Positions 1-8,292 of a stretch of 32,000 nt of DNA are shown here, piece by piece (the stretch's first letter is position 1; each line of letters begins with the position of its first letter). The DNA lies in the NCBI GenBank assembly GCA_963767375.1, contig CAVYDT010000008.1, positions 2,428,641-2,460,640 of the forward strand, written 5' to 3'. This DNA comes from an uncultured Actinomycetota bacterium (GTDB lineage: Bacteria; Actinomycetota; Actinomycetes; Mycobacteriales; Mycobacteriaceae). The notes under the pieces were generated by a model. It saw nothing but the letters and a program-made list of their open reading frames with translations. It was not told the DNA's origin and did not search any database. A program made the translations under genes and the position numbers.

Positions 1-104
1 GTGTGTTGACGAGCGACGAGCAGCGGCTGCTGCACGACTTGTTGGGCCGTGTCGTCGAAAAGGGCACCGGCCACACCTTGTTCACGGAGCACACCGAGCC
101 CTAG
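1..104 (+). CDS. 3' end of an upstream gene (partial, frame 3, stop TAG 102-104); possibly a MarR-type regulator
   Basis: Open frame from the window edge: ...LTSDEQRLLHDLLGRVVEKGTGHTLFTEHTEP*. The LTxxEqxxLxxLL tail resembles MarR-family C-termini, and the gene sits just upstream of a tandem palindromic operator. Only 33 codons are visible, so the family call is weak. Confidence 0.3.
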   Translation, partial: VLTSDEQRLLHDLLGRVVEKGTGHTLFTEHTEP

Positions 105-113
105 CCAGCGGTA

Positions 114-149
114 TGTCAAGTACTTGATATTTGTGACAAGTACTTGATA
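114..149. promoter_or_regulatory. Tandem palindromic operator: two copies of TG(T/A)CAAGTACTTGATA spaced 20 bp apart
   Basis: The perfect palindrome TCAAGTACTTGA lies at 116-127 and CAAGTACTTG at 137-146. The 16-nt direct repeat (114-129 and 134-149) has one mismatch. The sites lie between the upstream regulator-like gene and the ferredoxin ATG at 161. A TACTCT hexamer (148-153) sits 7 nt before that ATG. Confidence 0.55.
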
Positions 150-160
150 CTCTCGCCTCG

Positions 161-505
161 ATGGGACAGACGAGCGCACGTGGGGACGTCGACACGGCCT
201 TAGAAATTGGTGGGGGCACTGGGGGCCCGACGACGGAGCAGGTGACGATTCAACTGGACCGCCGGACCACCACCGTGGGATACCGAGCTGGCGACACCTT
301 GCTGCAGACGGCGCGCCTGGCGGGCCTGAACGCGCCGTCGTCGTGCGAAACCGGTTCGTGCGGAACATGTATGGCGCGGCTGACCGTCGGCAGCGCGTGG
401 ATGATCAACAACGACGCGCTCACCGAGGAGGAGGTCGCCGAGGGTTGGGTCTTGACCTGCCAGTCGTTGCCTACTAGTGATTCAGTAACGGTGGTCTACG
501 AATGA
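161..505 (+). CDS. Plant-type [2Fe-2S] ferredoxin
   Basis: Cys ligand pattern C-x4-C-x2-C...C (SSCETGSCGTCMARL ... LTCQS). There is no RBS before the ATG at 161, so the transcript may be leaderless. An alternative in-frame GTG at 242 follows a GGAG. Confidence 0.8.
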   Translation: MGQTSARGDVDTALEIGGGTGGPTTEQVTIQLDRRTTTVGYRAGDTLLQTARLAGLNAPSSCETGSCGTCMARLTVGSAWMINNDALTEEEVAEGWVLTCQSLPTSDSVTVVYE

Positions 506-555
506 GGGAAGCATGAGGCGAGCGTGACGGGACACCCAGCAAGGAGGCGCAGCCG

Positions 556-1299
556 ATGACACGGGTAGCGGTGGTGACCGGCGGCGCGTCGGGCATGGGA
601 GAGGCGACCTGTCACGAGCTGGGCCGGCGCGGACACAAGGTTGCCGTGCTGGACGTCAACGAGGAAGCGGCGCAACGCGTTTCGGAGGACCTTCGTAACG
701 AAGGGGTCGAGGCGCTGGGTGTGGCGGCCGACGTCACCGACCGGCCCGCGGTGGAGGAGGCCTTCGCCAAGGTGCGCAGTGAGTTGGGGCCGGTGAGCAT
801 TCTGGTGACGAGCGCCGGGATGGTCGGCTTCGGACCGTTTACCGAGATCACGCCCGAAGACTGGTCGCGCATTATCGACGTCAACCTCAACGGTACGTTC
901 CACTGCTGTCAGGTGGCGCTGCCGGACATGATCGCGGCCAACTGGGGCCGCATCGTGATGATCTCGTCGTCGAGCGCACAACGAGGCTCGCCGCGGATGG
1001 CGCACTACGCGGCGTCCAAGGGCGCGGTGATCACGCTGACCAAATCGCTTGCCAACGAATACGCCTCGATGGGAATCACCATCAACAACATCCCCCCGTC
1101 GGGCATCGAGACGCCGATGCAGCATCAGTCGCAGGCGCAAGGGCACCTGGGGTCCAATGAGGAAATGGCGAGCAGGATTCCCATGGGCCACCTCGGCAGC
1201 GGCGATGACATCGCGGCGGCGGTCGGATTCTTGTGTTCGGAAGAGGCCGGCTTCATCACCGGTCAGGTGCTCGGCGTGAACGGCGGGGCCGTGATGTGA
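556..1299 (+). CDS. Short-chain dehydrogenase/reductase (FabG-like SDR)
   Basis: TGGASGMGEA (TGxxxGxG) cofactor motif and the S...YAASK (YxxxK) catalytic motif. AAGGAGG RBS upstream. 247 aa. Confidence 0.9.
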   Translation: MTRVAVVTGGASGMGEATCHELGRRGHKVAVLDVNEEAAQRVSEDLRNEGVEALGVAADVTDRPAVEEAFAKVRSELGPVSILVTSAGMVGFGPFTEITPEDWSRIIDVNLNGTFHCCQVALPDMIAANWGRIVMISSSSAQRGSPRMAHYAASKGAVITLTKSLANEYASMGITINNIPPSGIETPMQHQSQAQGHLGSNEEMASRIPMGHLGSGDDIAAAVGFLCSEEAGFITGQVLGVNGGAVM

Positions 1300-1347
1300 G
1301 CGGCGCGGCAGGGACCGGCAGGGATAAGCAACGAAAGGCAGGTTCTG

Positions 1348-2610
1348 ATGGCTCGATGGCCTAAGCCGACGGAGGGCAGCTGGACAGAGCACTACCCACA
1401 ACTGGGCACCGGTCCGATCTCCTTCGGCGACTCGACATCGCCGGAGTTCTACGAACTCGAACGTGAGGCGGTCTTCAAACGTGCCTGGCTCAACGTCGGC
1501 CGCGTCGAGGAGCTGCCGCGGGTGGGTAGTTATTTCACCAAAGAGATCGAGGCCGCCCGCACGTCGGTGATCGTGGTCAAGGGCAAAGACGAGGTGATTC
1601 GGGCCTTCTACAATGTCTGCCGCCACCGCGGTAACAAGCTGGTGTGGAACGACTTTCCGCATGAGGAAACCAACGGGACGTGCCGGCAGTTCACCTGCAA
1701 ATACCACGGCTGGCGCTACAGCCTCGATGGCGCGTTGACTTTCGTGCAGCAGGAGCCGGAGTTCTTTGACCTCGACACGGCCGACTACGGCCTGCGCGCG
1801 GTGCACTGCGATGTGTGGAATGGGTTCATCTTCATCAATCTCGATGATCAGCCGCGACAGAACTTGCGCGAGTTCCTCGGCCCGATGATCACCGGGCTCG
1901 ACGACTACCCGTTCGGCAAGCTCACCGAACGCTACGACTTCGTGGCCCACAACAACAGCAACTGGAAGATCTTCGCCGACGCGTTCCAAGAGTACTACCA
2001 CGTCCCGTCGCTGCATCCGCAGCAGGTGCCTTCCGCGGTACGCGACCCCAACGCCGGCTTCGAGTGCGCACACTTCCAGATCGACGGACCGCACCGAGTG
2101 GTGTCGACGGCAGGGACCCGCCGCTGGCTGATGGCGCCGGAATGCATGTACCCGATCGAACGCGCAACGCGCAGTGGGCTTGTCGGGCCGTGGCGTACTC
2201 CGGACATCGGTGAGCTGCCCGCCGGGCTCAACCCTGGTGGCATCGAGCCCTGGGGCATCAGCAATTTCCAGATCTTCCCCAACCTGGAGATCCTCATCTA
2301 CGGCGGCTGGTATCTGCTGTACCGGTATTGGCCGACGTCGCACAACACGCACAAATTCGAGGCCTACACTGCGTTTCACCCGGCCCGCACTGTGCGGGAA
2401 CGCATCGAACACGAAGTGGCTGCGGTGGTGCTCAAGGAGTTCGCCCTGCAGGATGCCGGCATGCTCGGGGGCACTCAGGCGGCCTTGGAAACCGGCATCG
2501 TCGACGAGTTCCCACTCAGCGACCAGGAGATCCTGGTGCGCCACCTCCACAAAGAGGTCGTGGATTGGGTGGGGGCATACCAGCGCGAAACCCAACCGGT
2601 GGGGGTGTGA
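1348..2610 (+). CDS. Rieske non-heme iron oxygenase, alpha (catalytic) subunit
   Basis: Rieske ligands CRHRG...CKYHGW (CxH-x17-CxxH). Mononuclear iron block NWKIFADAFQEYYHVPSLH. 420 aa. GAAAGG RBS. Confidence 0.9.
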   Translation: MARWPKPTEGSWTEHYPQLGTGPISFGDSTSPEFYELEREAVFKRAWLNVGRVEELPRVGSYFTKEIEAARTSVIVVKGKDEVIRAFYNVCRHRGNKLVWNDFPHEETNGTCRQFTCKYHGWRYSLDGALTFVQQEPEFFDLDTADYGLRAVHCDVWNGFIFINLDDQPRQNLREFLGPMITGLDDYPFGKLTERYDFVAHNNSNWKIFADAFQEYYHVPSLHPQQVPSAVRDPNAGFECAHFQIDGPHRVVSTAGTRRWLMAPECMYPIERATRSGLVGPWRTPDIGELPAGLNPGGIEPWGISNFQIFPNLEILIYGGWYLLYRYWPTSHNTHKFEAYTAFHPARTVRERIEHEVAAVVLKEFALQDAGMLGGTQAALETGIVDEFPLSDQEILVRHLHKEVVDWVGAYQRETQPVGV

Positions 2611-2613
2611 GCA

Positions 2614-2949
2614 ATGGCTGAGGCCCTGTTGCCGAGTGCGTTCGCGGAGCTGGAGGGGTTCGCGCAAACCTGGTGTCTGCCAACCGAAGCCGAGCGGTGG
2701 AACCAGCGGCTGGCCAGCAGCATGGTGGAGATGCGGGAGTTCTACCACGCCTTCTTCCCGCGCTTGGAAGAGGCCATCGAGTACTGCGACAAGTTCTCCC
2801 TGGATGACCTGCCCGAGGACGCGCTGAACCTGCTGCACCTCATCTACTCGCTGGTCATGGTCGCGATGGCGGTCGAAATCTTCGGCCAGCCCAAGCCCAC
2901 CGACTCCGCCGACGCCATCCTCGACCGCGTCGGCGAACCAGTGCCATGA
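2614..2949 (+). CDS. Hypothetical small protein coupled to the Rieske oxygenase
   Basis: The ATG lies 3 nt after the oxygenase stop, on the same strand. Codon usage looks coding. I recognise no motif. Confidence 0.55.
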   Translation: MAEALLPSAFAELEGFAQTWCLPTEAERWNQRLASSMVEMREFYHAFFPRLEEAIEYCDKFSLDDLPEDALNLLHLIYSLVMVAMAVEIFGQPKPTDSADAILDRVGEPVP

Positions 2950-2983
2950 CCGGCCGCCATATCAGACACAGAAGGGACAGAGC

Positions 2984-3829
2984 ATGAGTCTGCTCACCAT
3001 CAACAAGCTCACCTCGTCGGTCGGCGCCGAGATCCTCGGCGCCGACGCGGACCGGCTGACCTCCGATGACCTGCTCGGCGAGGCAGTGATGGAGGCACTG
3101 GAAGACAACGGTGTATTAGTCTTTCGCAGACTGGGATTGGATCCCCAAGCGCAAGTGCAGTTCTGCCGTCGGCTCGGTGAGGTCGACTACTCCTCAGACG
3201 GCCACCACCCAGTAGCGGGTATCTACCCGATCACGCTGGACACGTCGAAGAACTCCTCGGCCGCCTATCTGCGGGCCACGTTCGACTGGCACATCGACGG
3301 ATGTACCCCCCTCAGCGAGGAGTGCCCGCAGAAAGCCACCCTGCTGTCGGCGGTTGCGGTCGCCGAACGCGGCGGTGAGACGGAGTTCGCGAATTCATAT
3401 GCGGCTTATGACGACTTGACCGACGAGGAGAAGCGACGATTCGGCTCATTGCGCGTGGTGCATTCCCTGGAAGCCTCACAGCGCCGCATTAACCCCGACC
3501 CCACACCCGAGCAGGTTCAGCGCTGGCGGCAACGGCGCACTCATGAACATCCGCTGGTATGGACGCACCGCAGCGGCCGCAAATCGCTTGTCCTGGGCGC
3601 CTCGGCGGACTACGTCGTCGGCATGGATCTAGACGAGGGACGCGCGTTGTTGGCCGAATTGCTGGACCGCGCAACAGGTCCCGACAAGGTTTACCGGCAC
3701 AGCTGGTCGGTCGGCGACACCGTCATCTGGGACAACCAGGGCGTGCTGCACCGCGCCGCCCCCTATGACCCGGACTCGCCGCGGGAGATGCTGCGGACCA
3801 CCGTGCTCGGCAACGAACCGATCGAGTGA
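2984..3829 (+). CDS. TauD/TfdA-family Fe(II)/2-oxoglutarate-dependent dioxygenase
   Basis: HxD facial-triad motif FDWHIDGC and the distal His in VIWDNQGVLHRA. 281 aa, typical for the family. Confidence 0.85.
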   Translation: MSLLTINKLTSSVGAEILGADADRLTSDDLLGEAVMEALEDNGVLVFRRLGLDPQAQVQFCRRLGEVDYSSDGHHPVAGIYPITLDTSKNSSAAYLRATFDWHIDGCTPLSEECPQKATLLSAVAVAERGGETEFANSYAAYDDLTDEEKRRFGSLRVVHSLEASQRRINPDPTPEQVQRWRQRRTHEHPLVWTHRSGRKSLVLGASADYVVGMDLDEGRALLAELLDRATGPDKVYRHSWSVGDTVIWDNQGVLHRAAPYDPDSPREMLRTTVLGNEPIE

Positions 3830-3853
3830 TCCCGTAAACCCGAGGAGCGCGAG

Positions 3854-4414
3854 ATGCCAAAGTCGGTTGCACAACACCCGTTGCGGTTGGCGCCATTGCC
3901 GGACGAGGAATGGGACGATCGGGCACGCGCCGCGGTAACCGCCCTGCTGCCGCCCGAGCGCGCCAACGCGCGCGACGCCGGCAATGTCTTGGCGACCATG
4001 GTGCGCCACCCGGACTTGACCCGCGCCTATCTGAAATTCAACGCATACCTGCTCATCGACTCCACCTTGTCCGCGCGGGTTCGGGAGATCGCGCTGTTGC
4101 GGATCGTGCACCGGCGCGAGTGCCCTTACCTGTGGTCGCACCACGTCCCCATCGCGCAGCGGGCGGGGCTGACCGCGTCTGAAATCGACGCGATTCGCGA
4201 CGACACGATCACCGACGACCAGGACCGCCTGGTAGTGCATGCGGTCGACGAATTGGACGAATACAGCACCATTTCCGACACGACGTGGGCCGAGCTCGGC
4301 AGGCACTTCGATGACCGGCAGCGCATGGATCTAGTGTTCACCGTAGGCTGCTACTGCTCACTGGCCATGGCAGTGAACACTTTCGGAATCGAGGACGAAC
4401 ACCCAGATGGCTGA
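3854..4414 (+). CDS. Carboxymuconolactone decarboxylase (CMD/AhpD-like) family protein
   Basis: RECPYLWSHHVPIA block typical of CMD-domain proteins. GAGGAG RBS. The stop overlaps the next start (ATGGCTGA). Confidence 0.7.
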   Translation: MPKSVAQHPLRLAPLPDEEWDDRARAAVTALLPPERANARDAGNVLATMVRHPDLTRAYLKFNAYLLIDSTLSARVREIALLRIVHRRECPYLWSHHVPIAQRAGLTASEIDAIRDDTITDDQDRLVVHAVDELDEYSTISDTTWAELGRHFDDRQRMDLVFTVGCYCSLAMAVNTFGIEDEHPDG

Positions 4415-5558
4415 TGCCACTGATGCCACCAGGCCCGAGACGGCGTTGTTCGTCTCCACCGCGCGCGCCTTTCTGGACAAGCATGCATCGCTCGACCAGG
4501 TGCGCGCGTTGCATGGCCAGGACGTTTCGTTTGACACCGGGTGGTGGGCCCACGCGGCCGAACTCGGCTGGACCAGCCTGCTGGTGCCCGAGGAACTGGG
4601 CGGCGGCAGCGTCTCCGGCGACGGCGTCAGGGACCTGGCGTTGATCGCTGAAAACCTCGGACACACCGTCGCTCCCGGACCATTACACCCGGTCAGCATC
4701 GTGTTGGCCGGGCTGGCCGACGCTGACAACCGCGATCAGCACGCCGCGGCGATCGAATCCCTGATGGCGGGTGCGACAGTGGCCGCCTGGGCGGTCGATG
4801 AACCCGACCGGCCTTTCGCTCCGCAGCAGCCGACCGTCACCGCCACGCCGACCGGCTCCGGCTACCGCATCGACGGTGTCAAGCACCGGGTGGAAGCGGG
4901 CGCCGAGTCCGCGCTGTTGCTGGTGGTGGCGCGCAGCGACGAGGGGCCCCGCCAGTTCCTGGTGCCCACCGACGCGCCTGGGGTCAGCGTAACGCCGCAG
5001 CGGTCTTTGGACTTTGTAAAGCGTTACGCTCGAGTGACTTTCGATGGCGTGTGCGTCGACACGGACACGGAGGTCGGGTCGATAACGCAGGCGCGCGCAC
5101 TGATCGATCGCCAGGCGCAGATCGCGGTGGTGTTGCAGTGCGCCGAACTCGTGGGGATTCTCGACACCGTCTTGGGTATGACCGTCCGATGGGCGCTGGA
5201 CCGGCACAGCTTTGGCCGCCCCCTGGGGTCCTACCAGGCGCTCAAACACCGCCTCGCGGACATGAAAATGTGGCTGGAAGCCAGCCGGGCGATCACCGAC
5301 GGTGCGGTCGAAGACGTTGGCGCCCGTAGCCCCGACGCGGCGCTCACCGTCAGCGCCGCCAAGTCTTACCTCGGCGAGCATGCCGGCATGATCGCTCAGG
5401 ACTGCGTCCAACTTCACGGCGGGATCGGTGTCACCTGGGAACACGACCTGCACCTGTTCGTGCGGCGGATCACGTTGTACCGCTCCATGTTCGGCACACC
5501 TGCGGAACATCATCGGGCGATCTACGCGCGACTGCGCAACGGGGAGTCGGCGGCATGA
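4407..5558 (+). CDS. Acyl-CoA dehydrogenase family protein (FadE-like; possibly the non-catalytic partner)
   Basis: ACAD C-terminal block QLHGGIGVTWEHDLHLFVRR. 383 aa. ATGA overlap with the next ACAD gene. Confidence 0.85.
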   Translation: MADATDATRPETALFVSTARAFLDKHASLDQVRALHGQDVSFDTGWWAHAAELGWTSLLVPEELGGGSVSGDGVRDLALIAENLGHTVAPGPLHPVSIVLAGLADADNRDQHAAAIESLMAGATVAAWAVDEPDRPFAPQQPTVTATPTGSGYRIDGVKHRVEAGAESALLLVVARSDEGPRQFLVPTDAPGVSVTPQRSLDFVKRYARVTFDGVCVDTDTEVGSITQARALIDRQAQIAVVLQCAELVGILDTVLGMTVRWALDRHSFGRPLGSYQALKHRLADMKMWLEASRAITDGAVEDVGARSPDAALTVSAAKSYLGEHAGMIAQDCVQLHGGIGVTWEHDLHLFVRRITLYRSMFGTPAEHHRAIYARLRNGESAA

Positions 5559-6793
5559 CCGAGTCTGTGGAGGCCTTCGCTACGCGAGCCCGGACGTGGC
5601 TTGCCGAGAACATGCCGCGGCTCGATCCCGCCAACCCGCCACTCGCCGCGCGCGACGATGACGCCGCTTGGCAGCGCGTCCGTGAACTGCAAAAGCGGCT
5701 CTACTCAGGCGGATTCGCCGGGATCTGCTTCCCTCGCGAATACGGTGGGCTCGGCTTGGGCGTCGCCTACCAAAAGGCGTTCGACGCCGAGACCGTTGGC
5801 TACGAGATGCCGTTGATCCTCAACGTGCCCACCTTCACCATCTGCTGCGCGAGCCTGCTCGATACCGGCAGCGAAGAGCAGAAGCGCCAACATATTCCGG
5901 CGGCGCTGCGCGGCGAAGAGGTGCTGGTCCAGCTGCTCTCCGAACCCAGCGGCGGCTCCGACCTCGCCGGGCTCATCACCCGCGCCGACCGCGACGGCGA
6001 CACCTGGGTCGTCAACGGCGCCAAGACCTGGAGCACCAGTGCGTTTGCGGCCGACTACGGCCTGCTGCTGGCCCGCACCGACTGGACGGTACCCAAGCAT
6101 GACGGCCTGACGATGTTTCTGGTTCCGATCCGCGCGCCCGGCGTCACGCTGCGCCGCATCCAACAGGTTGACGGGTCGACGGAGTTCTGCGAGGAATTCT
6201 TCGACGGCCTGCGACTGGGTGACGACGCCGTCGTCGGCGAGGTCAATAAGGGCTGGGAAGTCGCGTCGCGGTTGCTGTATCACGAGCGGCGCGCGGTCGG
6301 ACACGGATCGGAATTCGCCAGTGGCCGCGGCCACGAAGCCTCCCAAACTGTGCTGACCGACTTCTTCGCGATTGCCGAGGCCGCCGGCCAGGCCGACAAC
6401 GAGGCGACCCAGGACAAGGTGGGAAGGGTGTTGGCGCGCCGGATGGTGCGCGACCGACTGGTCGACCACGTCTCGCGCGCTGTCCGCGACGGGTCATTAC
6501 CTCCGGCGGCCGGGTCCATCATTCGGCTGTTTCACTCGGATGTCACCTTCCTGGAAGTGGACACGGCCATGGACATCACGGGCGGTAGCGGCGTGGTGGA
6601 CGACGATCACGACCTGTTCAAGGTGGGGGAGCGCTATCTTTCTCGCCAGACCGTCGCGCTGGGGGGCGGCAGCAACGAGATGGCACGCAACGTCATCGGT
6701 GAACGGGTGCTGGGTCTCCCACGTGAATACGCGGCAGATCGCGGCGTGCCCTTCAACCAAGTTAGGCACAACGAGCGCACTCGACGCGGCTAG
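5555..6793 (+). CDS. Acyl-CoA dehydrogenase family protein (FadE-like)
   Basis: ACAD blocks LLSEPSGGSDLAGL, WVVNGAKTWST and GGGSNEMARNVIGERVLG. 412 aa. Confidence 0.9.
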   Translation: MTESVEAFATRARTWLAENMPRLDPANPPLAARDDDAAWQRVRELQKRLYSGGFAGICFPREYGGLGLGVAYQKAFDAETVGYEMPLILNVPTFTICCASLLDTGSEEQKRQHIPAALRGEEVLVQLLSEPSGGSDLAGLITRADRDGDTWVVNGAKTWSTSAFAADYGLLLARTDWTVPKHDGLTMFLVPIRAPGVTLRRIQQVDGSTEFCEEFFDGLRLGDDAVVGEVNKGWEVASRLLYHERRAVGHGSEFASGRGHEASQTVLTDFFAIAEAAGQADNEATQDKVGRVLARRMVRDRLVDHVSRAVRDGSLPPAAGSIIRLFHSDVTFLEVDTAMDITGGSGVVDDDHDLFKVGERYLSRQTVALGGGSNEMARNVIGERVLGLPREYAADRGVPFNQVRHNERTRRG

Positions 6794-6810
6794 TTCTGCG
6801 CGCTGCGGAA

Positions 6811-8196
6811 TCAACGCGACGAAGCGATCAGTGCTTCGAGCTTGTCATTGGCTTTGTGCAGCGACGATTTGACCATCCCGAGCAGCCGTTCTCGCGCGCG
6901 TTGCCGTTCAAGCATCGGGGCGTACAGGCCACGCATCACGTTGAGCCGCGAGGTCGCCAGCCAGTCCATCAATTCGGGTCGCTCGGTCCAGCTGATTTCG
7001 TTGCGGTTCTCGGCGAGCGTCATGTCGAGCCAGTGCAGGTCGGTGTTCGGATGGGGCACCGGCACGCACAGCGAATTCTTGGTCGAATCGTCGTCGTAGC
7101 CGACCTCCACGTGAGCGATGAGCCCGGCGCTGAACACCTGCTGGCAACCGCGCACACTCTGCAACGTAACGCGGCCGTCGTCGAATACCGGTACGCCGGA
7201 GCGTCTTTCAAGGCCATCCGCACTGCAGTCGATGTAGAGGGCCGGCCCGTCGACGTCGAAAGTGCCGCCCGAAAGCGTCATCGTGCCGGGTTCGATGCGC
7301 TGCACGTGGCCCATCCGGACGATCCGTTCGATGCGGCGCAATTGATCCAACTCCAGACGCGACACGATGGCGCAGCGATACATCGTGGGTCGGACATTCG
7401 GATCAATTCTCAACAGCACACCGCTGGCCTCCAGCCGGTCGAACAGATCGTCGACCGAGGTGGCCGCGCCGATGGAGTCCAGCCGCGCCGCAGAGTGGGC
7501 TTTTAAGCGGTCCAGGAACTCCACTTCCGGCTGCACATTGGCACGATCGAGAAGCCATGCGTCGCGGGGCATGACCCAGGTGAGGCGGTCGGCCTCAATT
7601 CCGTTGCGCAACAGCCAAAGACAGACGTCCATGCCGGTCTTGCCCGCCCCGACGATGACGAAGCGCTGCTGGCCGGGCGCGGCCTGGGGCAGCGCGTTGG
7701 GCGCTACGCACTCGACGCCGTCGGCAACGTGGTACGGCGGCGGACGCATCGACGGAACCATTGTCTGCAAATACGTCGCATCGACAACGCGTTGCCGTAC
7801 GTCGACGGAGAACTTGGTCCCGGCGAGATTACATATCCGGCCGTCGCCCAGGTACTCACTCATCGGGAAGTACGACACCCGCCCGGTCGGCAGGAGTTCC
7901 TGCTGCATGACGTGGTCGAAGTACGCACAAACATCGCCGCCGGTTGCCAACTCGTGCAGTCCTTCGTTCCACCCCACCCGGTCGATGGAGCCGGTTTCGA
8001 GCTTGCGTGAGTTGACGCCGTAGTACGCCGACGGCTGGTGCAACCGCACGAACGGGTAGGCGCGCGTCCAGTGCCCACCGGGCTGGTGACCCCGGTCGAC
8101 GATCACCAGGTGGGCGTCGCTTTCGGACACCATGGTGTCGGCGAAGGCCATACCCATGGCGCCCGCGCCGACGATCAAGTAGTCCGTTTTGATCAT
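6811..8196 (-). CDS. FAD/NAD(P)-binding oxidoreductase (flavin monooxygenase-like)
   Basis: I chose the start at ATG 8196 so that the dinucleotide fold MIKTDYLIVGAGAMGMAFAD (GxGxxG) is N-terminal. A second nucleotide-binding motif is FVIVGAGKTGMD. The ORF track's 8334 start adds 46 implausible residues. Confidence 0.8.
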   Translation of the reverse strand: MIKTDYLIVGAGAMGMAFADTMVSESDAHLVIVDRGHQPGGHWTRAYPFVRLHQPSAYYGVNSRKLETGSIDRVGWNEGLHELATGGDVCAYFDHVMQQELLPTGRVSYFPMSEYLGDGRICNLAGTKFSVDVRQRVVDATYLQTMVPSMRPPPYHVADGVECVAPNALPQAAPGQQRFVIVGAGKTGMDVCLWLLRNGIEADRLTWVMPRDAWLLDRANVQPEVEFLDRLKAHSAARLDSIGAATSVDDLFDRLEASGVLLRIDPNVRPTMYRCAIVSRLELDQLRRIERIVRMGHVQRIEPGTMTLSGGTFDVDGPALYIDCSADGLERRSGVPVFDDGRVTLQSVRGCQQVFSAGLIAHVEVGYDDDSTKNSLCVPVPHPNTDLHWLDMTLAENRNEISWTERPELMDWLATSRLNVMRGLYAPMLERQRARERLLGMVKSSLHKANDKLEALIASSR

Positions 8197-8292
8197 TCGA
8201 ACGGAACGATATCGAATACTCGACCACTCAGCGCCGGCCGCTACCATACGTACGCCTGCCGACCGGCAGGATGCGGACCAGGGGAGGCGCCG

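Noticed and set aside
496-2838. A 780-aa ORF on the minus strand spanning three plus-strand genes
   Set aside because: It is antisense to the SDR, Rieske and small-ORF genes, all of which have clear catalytic motifs. Its product is Arg/Gly/His-rich low-complexity sequence typical of high-GC antisense frames, with no motif.
3629-4306. A 225-aa minus-strand ORF across the TauD/CMD junction
   Set aside because: It is antisense to two motif-bearing plus-strand genes within a tightly coupled operon.
8038-8292. The long N-terminal extension of the thioesterase-like ORF (ORF-track start 8038)
   Set aside because: It overlaps the 5' end of the divergent flavoprotein gene and encodes non-homologous Arg/Gly-rich sequence. 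A GTG at 8293 with a GGGGAGG RBS fits better.
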